Shown here: piece after piece, positions 38,221 to 48,062 of the stretch | Position numbering within the stretch: position 1 is the first letter of the stretch | Layout: every line of letters starts with the position of its first letter | NCBI GenBank assembly: GCA_039804105.1 | Contig: JBDRZU010000001.1 | Location: forward strand, 160,001-224,000 | Length of the DNA: 64,000 nt | Source of the DNA: a candidate division WOR-3 bacterium | Lineage (GTDB): Bacteria > Hydrothermota > 32-111 | Direction: 5' to 3' | Position numbers and translations under genes: made by a program | Notes under the pieces: model-generated | What the model was told of the DNA's origin: nothing | Database searches by the model: none | Seen by the model: only the letters and a program-made list of their open reading frames with translations

Positions 38221-39231
38221 ATGCAAATTTTTTTATTTCTATTCATTGTTGTTGTTTTAATAATTATAAATTTTATTTTCTTTAAATTTTTTGAGTTAAA
38301 AATAGTTTCAAAAATAAAAGAGAATGAAAATTATTTTAAAGATCAGGTAATTCAGTCATTGAATCAAAACATTGAGAAGATTGAAAGAACAAAAGATCTC
38401 ATTTCAACAAATGCTATTGAAACTTTCAAAGTGATCAACAATTTAACGGATTCTTTAAGTAAAATAAGCGAGGACCAGAAAGTTGCAAATGAACTTTCTA
38501 AAGATTTAAAATACTTTTTCGATCGGCCAAAACTCCGAGGAGGATTTGGAGAGGTTATTTTAAAGGAACTTGTTTCTGATATTTTACCTTTAAATATGTA
38601 TGAAGAGCAGTTTAAATTACCTAACAATTATATAGTTGATCTGGTTATAAAGTATAGGGATCTTTTGATACCGATTGATTCGAAATTTCCCTCTGAGGAT
38701 TATAAAAGATACTATTTTGAAAAGGATGAAAAACTAAAAAACGATTATTTTAAAATTTTTATAAATCAGTTGAAAAAAATAGGAGAATCAGTTAGTTCAA
38801 AATATATAAGACCTGAAGATGGAACATCGGATTTTGCAATCATTTTTATTCCTTCAGATTCTATTTATATTGAAGCAATACAACAAACTTATCCTGGTGG
38901 TGAGAAGAACGATCTTTTTGAAACCCTTTTGAAAAAAAGGGTGCTTCTTGCAGGACCTTCAACATTTTTTGCTTTTTTAAATGTTATACTTGCAGGTTTA
39001 AAACAATATAGATTTGTTGAGATTTCAAAAGAGATTATCAAAAATGTTGAAAAATTGAGTAAAAATTTAGAAGAGAATTCTTTGAATTTACAAAATCTTG
39101 AAAAAAAAGTTAACGAACTGAATAAAAGTTATGAAACATTGCAGAAATCTTTTTCGAAAACTGAAAAAAGTTTTAAAAACATTTTGAGTTTTGAAAAGGA
39201 AGAGAGGGAAAATGATGAAAAGAATTTATAG
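38221..39231 (+). CDS. rmuC: DNA recombination protein RmuC
   Basis: RGGFGEVIL, PIDSKFP, DFAIIFIPSDS, GPST. Confidence 0.9.
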   Translation: MQIFLFLFIVVVLIIINFIFFKFFELKIVSKIKENENYFKDQVIQSLNQNIEKIERTKDLISTNAIETFKVINNLTDSLSKISEDQKVANELSKDLKYFFDRPKLRGGFGEVILKELVSDILPLNMYEEQFKLPNNYIVDLVIKYRDLLIPIDSKFPSEDYKRYYFEKDEKLKNDYFKIFINQLKKIGESVSSKYIRPEDGTSDFAIIFIPSDSIYIEAIQQTYPGGEKNDLFETLLKKRVLLAGPSTFFAFLNVILAGLKQYRFVEISKEIIKNVEKLSKNLEENSLNLQNLEKKVNELNKSYETLQKSFSKTEKSFKNILSFEKEERENDEKNL

Positions 39232-39817
39232 ATTCATTCTGGTGCCAATGTTACTTTTAATACTTTTTGGTTGTTCAAATAATGATATAAAGGTAAGTTT
39301 CAACAGGATTGGGAATTTAAAACCGAAATCCCCTGTTATTTTTGAAAGTGATTCTGTTGGTTTTGTCCATAAGATTGAGTTTCTTGATTCGAACTATCTT
39401 GTTCATATAAAAATAACTGAAAAAAAGGAATTCTTAAATTATAATCCTTATTTTTACCTGATCGACTCAGATTCTGATGCAAAGATTGTAATTCTTGATG
39501 ATCCTTCAAAAGGTTTCAATGATTTTGATGAAGAAAAGATTTTTAAAGGTGGAAATGAACTCGATTACTATCTAAAACTTTTTTCGTTAAAGTTAAATGA
39601 GAAAATAGATTCTTTGAAATCAGATGAAAGGATCAAAGAGTTAATTGAAAATTTGAATCTAAAATTGAATGAACTGAAAGATAAAGGTGAAGAAAAATAT
39701 GAGAAAATAAGACCCGAAATTGAAAAAAATATTGATGAAATTTTTGAAAAAATGAAAAAAAGTTTTAAAAGAGAAGAGTTTGAAAGTTTAAAAGAGAAGA
39801 TTAAAAAGTTATTTTAA
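39212..39817 (+). CDS. MCE/MlaD-like lipoprotein
   Basis: Lipobox LFGC; F...GNLKPKSPV....VG.V..I; coiled-coil tail. Confidence 0.55.
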   Translation: MMKRIYRFILVPMLLLILFGCSNNDIKVSFNRIGNLKPKSPVIFESDSVGFVHKIEFLDSNYLVHIKITEKKEFLNYNPYFYLIDSDSDAKIVILDDPSKGFNDFDEEKIFKGGNELDYYLKLFSLKLNEKIDSLKSDERIKELIENLNLKLNELKDKGEEKYEKIRPEIEKNIDEIFEKMKKSFKREEFESLKEKIKKLF

Positions 39818-39819
39818 AA

Positions 39820-40641
39820 ATGTTCTTTTTAATTTTAAGTGTTGTTTCATCGGTAATAATAGGAAATCTTTTAAAGCTCTTTCAAAAAGATAAAGAATTT
39901 TCAATACTCTTGATACTTCTTTCAAACTATTTTATAGCAACCTTTATAAGTGTTCTTCAGTTAAATGTGTCAAATTTAACTTTTAATTTTTATGATATAA
40001 TACTTGCGATCTTTGTTGGAGTGCTCTATTTTATAAATTTTTTAATTTACAATAAAAATGTAAAAGAAAATGGTATATCTTTGTCCATATCTGTTATGAG
40101 AGTTTCTCTTATTATACCTTTATTTCTTTCAGTTTTTCTTTTTAAAGAAGGTTTGACTATTAATTTGCTATTAGGATCATTTTTTATCATTCTTGCACTC
40201 CTTTTGATTGGAAAGTTGAAAGATAGAATAAACATATCATTATTATTTCTCTTATTTTTTAATACGGGGGTATCAGAATCCGGGTTTAAATTTTTTGACG
40301 CTTATGGCAAAATCAACAACTCCCTTTTTTTATCTATTCTTTTTTCATCAGCATTTATTGCTAATTTTCTTTTTTTTCTTATCGCAAAAGAAAGAATTAG
40401 TTTTAAAAATATACTTTATGGAATCATGATTGGAATCCCTAACCAATTCATGTCATTTTTTTTTCTTAAATCTTTAAAATATATTCCTGCATCAATGGCG
40501 TATCCATTTCTTGGTGGAGGTGTTGTGTTGGGAGGTATTTTTACTGATATGATATTTTGGAAACTAAAACCATCTTTTAAACAGAATATTATTTTGATTT
40601 TACTTCTTTTTGGAGTAATCTTTCTCAATTTAAAACCTTAA
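39820..40641 (+). CDS. DMT/EamA-family transporter
   Basis: About 10 TM helices in two repeats; GIPN, AYP motifs. Confidence 0.8.
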   Translation: MFFLILSVVSSVIIGNLLKLFQKDKEFSILLILLSNYFIATFISVLQLNVSNLTFNFYDIILAIFVGVLYFINFLIYNKNVKENGISLSISVMRVSLIIPLFLSVFLFKEGLTINLLLGSFFIILALLLIGKLKDRINISLLFLLFFNTGVSESGFKFFDAYGKINNSLFLSILFSSAFIANFLFFLIAKERISFKNILYGIMIGIPNQFMSFFFLKSLKYIPASMAYPFLGGGVVLGGIFTDMIFWKLKPSFKQNIILILLLFGVIFLNLKP

Positions 40642-40691
40642 AATTGAACTTAATATTGACTAAAATTTTTAATGATTTAAAATAAAAAATT

Positions 40692-41498
40692 ATGGATAAA
40701 GAAAAAATTTTTAAAGAGATGATCACGAAAAATTGGGAAGAAATTTTAGAAACAATTTTAAAGGGTCTTAAAAAGGAATTTAAAAAAAGAAATTTTGAAA
40801 ATTGTGTTATAGGGCTTTCAGGAGGTATTGATTCCTCAGTAGTGCTTTCGATTCTTGTAAAAACCTTTGATAGAAAAAATATAAAACCTCTTTTTATGCC
40901 TTATAAAACGACTTCCCAAACTTCTTATGAAGATGTTGAAATTTTAGCAAAAAAATTTAACATCGAATATGAAACTGTAGAGATAACACCTCAGATTGAT
41001 GTGTATTTTAAAAATGAAAAAGAATCAACGGATGATTATATTTTGAAATTAAGAATTGGAAACAAATGTGCAAGGGAAAGGATGTCAGTACTTTTCGATA
41101 GAGCTCTCAAATATAAAGCACTTGTGATTGGAACGAGTAATAGATCTGAGATAATCATGGGTTATGGAACCATTTATGGAGATCTTGCCTGTTCAATCAA
41201 TCCTATTGGAAATCTTTTTAAGACACAGATTTTTGAATTTGCAAAATTTCTGGAAATACCTGAAAGGATAATCTTGAAAAAACCTTCTGCTGATCTCTGG
41301 GTTGGGCAGACAGATGAAGGTGAAATGGGAATAGATTACAAAACGATCGATATTATATCTTATCTATATTTTGATAAAAAGTTTCCTGTTGAAAAAATTG
41401 AAAGTTTTGGTATCGAAAAAGAAAAAATATTAAAAGTTATTTCAAATTTTGAAAAAAATAGATTCAAAAGGGAATTACCGAAAATTTTAAAAATATAA
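40692..41498 (+). CDS. nadE: NH3-dependent NAD+ synthetase
   Basis: GLSGGIDS, GTSNRSE, GYGTIYGD, PSADLW.GQTDE. Confidence 0.96.
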   Translation: MDKEKIFKEMITKNWEEILETILKGLKKEFKKRNFENCVIGLSGGIDSSVVLSILVKTFDRKNIKPLFMPYKTTSQTSYEDVEILAKKFNIEYETVEITPQIDVYFKNEKESTDDYILKLRIGNKCARERMSVLFDRALKYKALVIGTSNRSEIIMGYGTIYGDLACSINPIGNLFKTQIFEFAKFLEIPERIILKKPSADLWVGQTDEGEMGIDYKTIDIISYLYFDKKFPVEKIESFGIEKEKILKVISNFEKNRFKRELPKILKI

Positions 41499-41509
41499 AA
41501 GGAGATTTT

Positions 41510-42151
41510 ATGGGGGAGAACAGTAAAATCGAAAGATTATTAAAAGATGGTGAGGTTCTTTTTAGAGAAGGTGAGATTGGAGATGAGATGTATTTGATAA
41601 AATCAGGAAAAATAAAGATTGTTCAAAAAATTGGAGATGAAATGAAAGTTCTTGCTGTGCTTTCAGAGGGAGATTTTTTTGGAGAGATGGCATTGATCGA
41701 TGGTAGTCCAAGATCAGCAACAGCGATAGCAGAAGGGGATACTGAACTGATAACTTTTGATAAGGTTGCTTTTAGAAAAAAAATTGGTGAAGAACCTTTG
41801 ATAGAATATATAATAACCGAGTTATCAAAAAGATTGAGAAGGGCTGATGAACAGATTAAATTTTTAATGATAAAGGGAGACGAAAAGAGATTGATCGCCT
41901 TTTTGATAATGAAAGCACAGGATGAAGGGATAAAACAGCAGGATGGAAGTTATCTTATAAATATCGACTTTAAATATGAAAACATTGCTCCACTAGTTGG
42001 AATGAGTGTTGATAAATTGAAAAGATTGATCGAGAATCTTGAAAAGTCAAATTTAATAAAGATTTATAACGATAAAATCATTATAAACAATTTAACAAAC
42101 CTCGAAGAGTATCTAAAATATGTTTCCTTAAAGGAGAAGTATGGAGAATAA
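41510..42151 (+). CDS. Crp/Fnr family regulator
   Basis: cNMP domain (GDFFGEMAL, PRSATA) plus C-terminal HTH-like region. Confidence 0.9.
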   Translation: MGENSKIERLLKDGEVLFREGEIGDEMYLIKSGKIKIVQKIGDEMKVLAVLSEGDFFGEMALIDGSPRSATAIAEGDTELITFDKVAFRKKIGEEPLIEYIITELSKRLRRADEQIKFLMIKGDEKRLIAFLIMKAQDEGIKQQDGSYLINIDFKYENIAPLVGMSVDKLKRLIENLEKSNLIKIYNDKIIINNLTNLEEYLKYVSLKEKYGE

Positions 42152-43052
42152 AAAAAAGAAAGCTGGAGGACAAGCACTAATCGAAGGTGTTCTTATGATG
42201 TCAGAAAATGGATATGCTTTGAGTGTTAGAAAAAAGGATGGAAGCATAATAACCGAATCAAAACCTTTTCAAAAAACTGTTAAAAAGAATAGATATTTGA
42301 ATTTTTTCCCACTAAGGGGAATCATAACTTTCGTTGAAACATTAAAAATCGGTTTTGATAGTTTAAACAGAAGTGCTGATATTTATTATGACACAAAAGT
42401 TCAAGAGAAAAACAGCATAAAAAATTTTTTTGAAACTTTTTTTACTTTTTTTATTGCAATTTTTATAGGGTTTTTTCTTTTTCTGTATCTTCCGATCCAA
42501 ATTGTCCAGTTATTGAAAGTAGGTAATCAATTTTATTTTAATGTTTTAATAGGTTCTATAAGATTTATCTTCTTTATCATTTATCTGATTTTGATATCTC
42601 AGATAAAAGATATAAAAAGAATTTTTATGTACCATGGAGCCGAACACAAAACTGTTTTTGCGTATGAAAACGGTGATGAATTGACAGTTGAGAACGCAAA
42701 AAAATATTCAACAAAACATCCCCGTTGTGGAACAAGTTTTTTGTTTATAACTCTTGCGTTTGCAATAATTTTTTACTCTATTGTTGATACATTTGTTTTT
42801 TCTATTTTTAAAATAACAAATTCTCCTATAAACAGATTTTTGAATCATATTATCTTTTTACCAATTATTGCGACGATCTCTTATGAACTTCTTTTTCTTG
42901 CTGAGAAATTTTCAAATAATCTTTTAATAAAAATTCTCATATTTCCCGGTTTGCTTTTTCAATACATTACCACAAAAGAACCTACAGATGACATGTTAGA
43001 GGTATCAATAATTTCTTTAAAAGAATCTTTAAAATATGATCTTAAGGAGTGA
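42141..43052 (+). CDS. DUF1385 membrane protein
   Basis: GGQALIEGV, YHGAEHK, HPRCGTSF, TTKEP; typical neighbour of prfA/prmC. Confidence 0.9.
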   Translation: MENKKKKAGGQALIEGVLMMSENGYALSVRKKDGSIITESKPFQKTVKKNRYLNFFPLRGIITFVETLKIGFDSLNRSADIYYDTKVQEKNSIKNFFETFFTFFIAIFIGFFLFLYLPIQIVQLLKVGNQFYFNVLIGSIRFIFFIIYLILISQIKDIKRIFMYHGAEHKTVFAYENGDELTVENAKKYSTKHPRCGTSFLFITLAFAIIFYSIVDTFVFSIFKITNSPINRFLNHIIFLPIIATISYELLFLAEKFSNNLLIKILIFPGLLFQYITTKEPTDDMLEVSIISLKESLKYDLKE

Positions 43053-44134
43053 GAATGCTTAAGGAAGCTTTGGAGATAAAATTAAAAGAGTATAAAGAGA
43101 TGGAAAATATGCTTTCCGATCCTTCAATAGTTTCAGATAATAAAAAATACAAAGAAATTTCGAAAAGATATGCTGAAATGGGAGCACTCGTCCAGAAGAC
43201 AAATGAATATTATAAAACTCTTGAACAACTTGAAGAGAATTTACAACTATTAAAACAGGAAAAAGATATTGAAATGAAAGAATTGATAAACCAGGAAATT
43301 AAAGAAATCAATGAAAAAATAAATAGATTGGAAGATGAACTCAAAGTTCTGCTATTACCGAAAGATCCAGAGGATGAAAAAAATATTATCTTTGAAATAA
43401 GGGCTGGAACTGGTGGAGAAGAAGCTGCCCTTTTTGTTGCTGATCTTTACAGGATGTACAAACGGTATGCTGAAAGTAAAGGATATGTATTTGAACATAT
43501 AGATTTTCATCCAACAGAACTTGGGGGATATAAAGAGATGATATTTGCATTAAAAGGGAAAAATGCATATGGAAATTTTAAATTTGAAAGTGGTGTACAT
43601 CGCGTCCAGAGAATCCCTGAAACCGAAGCGAATGGCAGGATACATACATCAGCGGTAACTGTTGCTGTTTTACCTGAAGTTGAGGATGTTGAACTTGAAA
43701 TAAATGAAAAAGATTTAAGAATCGATATATTCCATTCATCAGGTGCTGGTGGACAGAATGTTAATAAGGTCGCTACTGCGGTAAGGATAACTCATTTGCC
43801 AACGAACACTGTTGTAGTTTGTCAGGATGAAAGGAGTCAACATAAGAATAGGGAAAAAGCGATGAGGATTCTCAAAGCACGCTTGTATGAAAAAATAATG
43901 AAAGAACAACAGGAAAAGATTTCTCAGAACAGAAAAAATCTTGTTGGAACTGGGGATAGATCAGAAAGAATAAGAACATACAACTTCCCTGAAAGAAGGG
44001 TAACAGATCATAGAATAAACTTAACTCTTTATAGATTGGAAGAGATACTCGATGGTAACCTTGATCTTCTGATTCAACCTTTAAAGGATGAGGATATGAG
44101 GATAAAACTGCAGGAGTTTTATGAGAAAGGTTAG
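43049..44134 (+). CDS. prfA: Peptide chain release factor 1
   Basis: GGQ motif, PET (PxT) specificity loop, ERIRTYNF. Confidence 0.97.
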   Translation: MRMLKEALEIKLKEYKEMENMLSDPSIVSDNKKYKEISKRYAEMGALVQKTNEYYKTLEQLEENLQLLKQEKDIEMKELINQEIKEINEKINRLEDELKVLLLPKDPEDEKNIIFEIRAGTGGEEAALFVADLYRMYKRYAESKGYVFEHIDFHPTELGGYKEMIFALKGKNAYGNFKFESGVHRVQRIPETEANGRIHTSAVTVAVLPEVEDVELEINEKDLRIDIFHSSGAGGQNVNKVATAVRITHLPTNTVVVCQDERSQHKNREKAMRILKARLYEKIMKEQQEKISQNRKNLVGTGDRSERIRTYNFPERRVTDHRINLTLYRLEEILDGNLDLLIQPLKDEDMRIKLQEFYEKG

Positions 44135-44996
44135 TGTCACCCCTAAAGATCTGATAACTGAATCGATTCTCATTTTAAAAAAGCATAAAATTAAGGAAGC
44201 TAAACTGAACGCTGAGCTCATAATGTCCCATTGTATGAATGGTGATCGGATATATCTTTATGAAAATTATAACAAAAGTTTAACGAAAATAGAGCAAAAT
44301 CTTTTTAGATCACTTATAAGAAGAAGAATTAAAAAGGAACCTGTGCAATACATAATTGGTAAAACTGAATTTATGGGACTTACTTTTAAAGTAAACAAAA
44401 ATGTGTTGATCCCGAGACCTGATACTGAAACTCTTGTTGAATTCGCTATAAAATATTCACTTGAAAATAAAAAAGATTCAAATTATAGAATTCTCGATTT
44501 TGGAACAGGAAGTGGAAATATAATAGTTTCTCTTGCAAAATATTCACCGAATTTAAAATATTATGCAATAGATCTTTCAAGAGGTGCATTGCTTATTGCA
44601 AAAGAAAATGCAAAAATAAATGGCGTTGATAAAGATATAATTTTCATTCAATCAAATGGATTTTCATCTTTAAACAGTAATTTTAAATATGATATGATAC
44701 TTTCAAATCCTCCCTATATACCAACTTCGGTTATTTTAAAACTTCCAGAAGAGATAAGATTTTATGAACCTGTTATTTCTCTCGATGGTGGTGATGATGG
44801 ATTAAAAATCATTAGAATAATTGTAAACTCTGCCTATAAATATCTTAAGAAGGAAGGTGTTTGTCTTATAGAAATCGGATACGATCAGAGTGAACAGGTA
44901 GAAAAATTGGTAAAAGAAACCAGAAAATATAAAGATGTAAAATTTTTAAAAGATCTCTCAGGAATAAAGAGAGTTATATTTTTTAAAAAAATATGA
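44121..44996 (+). CDS. prmC: Release factor glutamine methyltransferase
   Basis: LIPRPDTE, DFGTGSG, SNPPY. Confidence 0.96.
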   Translation: MRKVSVTPKDLITESILILKKHKIKEAKLNAELIMSHCMNGDRIYLYENYNKSLTKIEQNLFRSLIRRRIKKEPVQYIIGKTEFMGLTFKVNKNVLIPRPDTETLVEFAIKYSLENKKDSNYRILDFGTGSGNIIVSLAKYSPNLKYYAIDLSRGALLIAKENAKINGVDKDIIFIQSNGFSSLNSNFKYDMILSNPPYIPTSVILKLPEEIRFYEPVISLDGGDDGLKIIRIIVNSAYKYLKKEGVCLIEIGYDQSEQVEKLVKETRKYKDVKFLKDLSGIKRVIFFKKI

Positions 44997-45805
44997 AAAG
45001 GATATTCTATTTTTTGAATGAGGAAAAGAGAGGTTGTGCGCAAGCACTCGATAGATTAAAAAGATGGTGCAATTATAACAGGGTGGATGTTTACCCTATT
45101 GAGACTTTAAAAATTTTTAAAGGTAATCTTAAAGATTCTTTTGTTATTTCATTTGGTGGTGATGGAACCATGCTATCTGCAGCAAAAACAGCTATTTTAT
45201 ATTCCCTTCCAGTTATGGGAGTTAACCTTGGTTCCCTTGGATTTCTTTCAAATATAAGAGAAAGCGAACTTGAAAAACGTCTTGATATGGTAAAAAGTAA
45301 AAATTATTTTATACAGTTATGTAACCTTCTTTCAACAAAAATTAAAAATACTTTTCTTACCGGCCTTAACGATATAGTTATGAAATCAGAGGATATTCAT
45401 CGAATGATAAAAATAAAAGTACTTGTAGATAATAAAGAGATCTCCACAATATCTGCTGATGGGGTTATTGTTTCAACTCCACTCGGCTCAACTGCATACT
45501 CACTTGCTGCTGGTGGGCCAATCGTTTATCCTGATATAGATGCATTCATTATTACACCAATATGTCCACATTTGCTTGTTCAAAGACCAATAATTGTAAA
45601 AAGTTCATCAAAAATAACGCTTATTCCAATTTCTAAAAATGCTATAATCTCTGCTGATTCTCAAAAAGTAATAAAGATTTCGGAAAATCAAAAAGTTATT
45701 CTTTCAAACTATTCAGAAAAAATAAAAATCATTAAATTTGATGATTTTGACCTTTTTGATATTTTGAAAGAAAAATTCCATCTTGGAAAGGATCCGAGAA
45801 TATGA
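44993..45805 (+). CDS. nadK: NAD kinase
   Basis: GGDGT, GSLGFL, DG..VSTP.GSTAYSLAAGGP. Confidence 0.96.
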   Translation: MKRIFYFLNEEKRGCAQALDRLKRWCNYNRVDVYPIETLKIFKGNLKDSFVISFGGDGTMLSAAKTAILYSLPVMGVNLGSLGFLSNIRESELEKRLDMVKSKNYFIQLCNLLSTKIKNTFLTGLNDIVMKSEDIHRMIKIKVLVDNKEISTISADGVIVSTPLGSTAYSLAAGGPIVYPDIDAFIITPICPHLLVQRPIIVKSSSKITLIPISKNAIISADSQKVIKISENQKVILSNYSEKIKIIKFDDFDLFDILKEKFHLGKDPRI

Positions 45806-47439
45806 TACGAGAATTGATTATTGAAAATCTCTTATTTTTTGAGGATAACAGAATTGAATTCAAAAAAGGTTTCAATGTTATAACAGGTGAAACTGGTGCA
45901 GGGAAAACTGTTCTTGTGAATACTCTTTTAAATCTTATTGGTGAAAAAATAGATCTTACACTTCGTAACAAAAATCAAGATGCTTCAATCACTGGAGTTT
46001 TTGAAATTTCTGATGAAATATCGGAAGAATTGAAAAATATAGATATATATGTTGAAGATGAACTTATAATCAGAAAGGTTATAAAACCCAACAATAAGAA
46101 TACAATCTATTTGAATGATTCTGTAATAAGTTCAGCAACTTTAAAAAAAATAGGCATACTTCTCTTCGATCTACATGGCCAATATGATCATCAACTTCTT
46201 TTGAAAAAGGATAATCATATTAAAATTATCGATAGAATTTCAGATACTGAAGATACACTATCAGAATTTATTGCAAAGTACAGGGAATACAATGAACTGT
46301 TAAAAAAATTCAACTACTTAAAAGAGCAACTTGATACATTTCTAAAAGAAAAAGAATTTTATGAATTTGCTCTTAAAGAATTTGAAGAAATCGATATAGA
46401 AAAAATCGATGAGGTAAAACTTAAAGATTCATTATCCGAAATGGAAAACTTTGAAAATATCAAAGAAAAAATCGATTATTCTTTAAAATTGTTGGAAGAG
46501 AATGAAATAAATATAAATCTGCTTTTGTCAGATCTTAGGAAAAGTCTTAAAGAGATCTCAAATAAAAGTTCAAAAATTTCAAAAATCACAGAAAGTGTTG
46601 ACCTTATAATTGAATATGTTTCAGATATTTATAAAGAACTTTATAATTATGGAGAAACTTTATCCTATGATAGAAATGAACTTGAAAATCTAAGAAATAC
46701 CTATGATAAACTTGAGAGTTTAAAAAGAAAATATAACAGAGATCTTGTTGGTTTGATAAAGTTTAAAGAAGAAATTTATTCTAAGTTAAAGATAGCAGAG
46801 GATCCTGAGGGAGAATTGAAAATTCAAGAAAATATGTTGATCGAGGTAAAAAAACAACTTGATGAGTTGGGGCTAATACTTCACAAAAAAAGAGTTAGAG
46901 GTTCAAAAAAATTTGAGGAGTATGTAAATGAATGTTTGAAAAATTTGAATATGAAGGATACTAAACTTAATATAAAGATTGATTTTTCTTTAAAAAACTT
47001 TAATGAAATGGGTTATGATGATGTAGAGTTTTTTATAGCCAACAGATTCAATGAAGAAGGACAACCGTTGAAAAAAATTGCTTCTGGAGGAGAAATATCA
47101 AGGATTATGTTAAGTATTAAAGATTATTTGAGAAAAAAAGATCCTGTTATGACCATGATTTTTGATGAAATTGATATTGGAATAAGTGGAGATACAGCAA
47201 CAAAGGTTGCAGAACTTATGAAAAACATTTCTAAATTCAAACAGATTATCACCATCACTCATCTTCCCCAGATAGCAGCAAAAGCTGATAATCATATTTT
47301 TGTTTCAAAAGATAACAAGAGCATAAAAGTTAAAGAACTTAACGATGAGGAAAGAGTTAAAGAAATAGCAAGATTACTTGGAAGTTCTGAATCATATGAA
47401 ACAGCGTTAAAGCATGCTAAAGCTCTCTTGAAAAAATGA
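45802..47439 (+). CDS. recN: DNA repair protein RecN
   Basis: TGETGAGK, HGQ, SGGEISR, FDEID, THLPQIA. Confidence 0.96.
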   Translation: MIRELIIENLLFFEDNRIEFKKGFNVITGETGAGKTVLVNTLLNLIGEKIDLTLRNKNQDASITGVFEISDEISEELKNIDIYVEDELIIRKVIKPNNKNTIYLNDSVISSATLKKIGILLFDLHGQYDHQLLLKKDNHIKIIDRISDTEDTLSEFIAKYREYNELLKKFNYLKEQLDTFLKEKEFYEFALKEFEEIDIEKIDEVKLKDSLSEMENFENIKEKIDYSLKLLEENEININLLLSDLRKSLKEISNKSSKISKITESVDLIIEYVSDIYKELYNYGETLSYDRNELENLRNTYDKLESLKRKYNRDLVGLIKFKEEIYSKLKIAEDPEGELKIQENMLIEVKKQLDELGLILHKKRVRGSKKFEEYVNECLKNLNMKDTKLNIKIDFSLKNFNEMGYDDVEFFIANRFNEEGQPLKKIASGGEISRIMLSIKDYLRKKDPVMTMIFDEIDIGISGDTATKVAELMKNISKFKQIITITHLPQIAAKADNHIFVSKDNKSIKVKELNDEERVKEIARLLGSSESYETALKHAKALLKK

Positions 47440-48062
47440 TACTTTCGATTTTTGTATATTCAACAATATTTTTTTATTCCTTTTGTTATGGGGTTTTTAT
47501 CTTTGCTAATAAAGATTTTTCCTTTTACTTTGTTACCGGTCATTATAATTTTATAGTTGGATTTTTACTGTATCTTATCATAAGATTTTTTTTTAAACCG
47601 TTGAAAGAAAATATAAGTTTTTTTGAAACTTTTCAACATGAATTGACACACATGTTTTTTGCATTTATTACCTTTAAAAATATTTATTCATTTAAAGCAT
47701 CATCTAAAAGTGGTGGACTGATAAAAACAGAAAAAATTAATCCTATTGTTGCACTCTCTCCTTATACGATACCTTTGTTTTCCAGTTTTTTTATAATACT
47801 CACATTTTTTATAAAAGAAAGATATTTGAATTTTCTTTTTTTCTTTTCCGGGTTCTTTTTTTCCCAATTTGTTTCTGCAACACTCAAGGACATCTTGTTT
47901 GTTAAGCAACCCGATCTTGAGAGGTATCCTGTAATTTCTTACCTTATCATTCTCGTTTCAATATTTTTCTTTATCTTTTTTTTCTATCTGTTTATTATTT
48001 ATGGAATCAATCTTTTTATTATAGTTCCTAAATCTACTTTTTATATTTTATTTTCAAAATGA
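47436..48062 (+). CDS. Membrane protein, M50B-like metallopeptidase
   Basis: HELTH zinc motif within TM protein, ALSPY, later Asp. Confidence 0.65.
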   Translation: MILSIFVYSTIFFYSFCYGVFIFANKDFSFYFVTGHYNFIVGFLLYLIIRFFFKPLKENISFFETFQHELTHMFFAFITFKNIYSFKASSKSGGLIKTEKINPIVALSPYTIPLFSSFFIILTFFIKERYLNFLFFFSGFFFSQFVSATLKDILFVKQPDLERYPVISYLIILVSIFFFIFFFYLFIIYGINLFIIVPKSTFYILFSK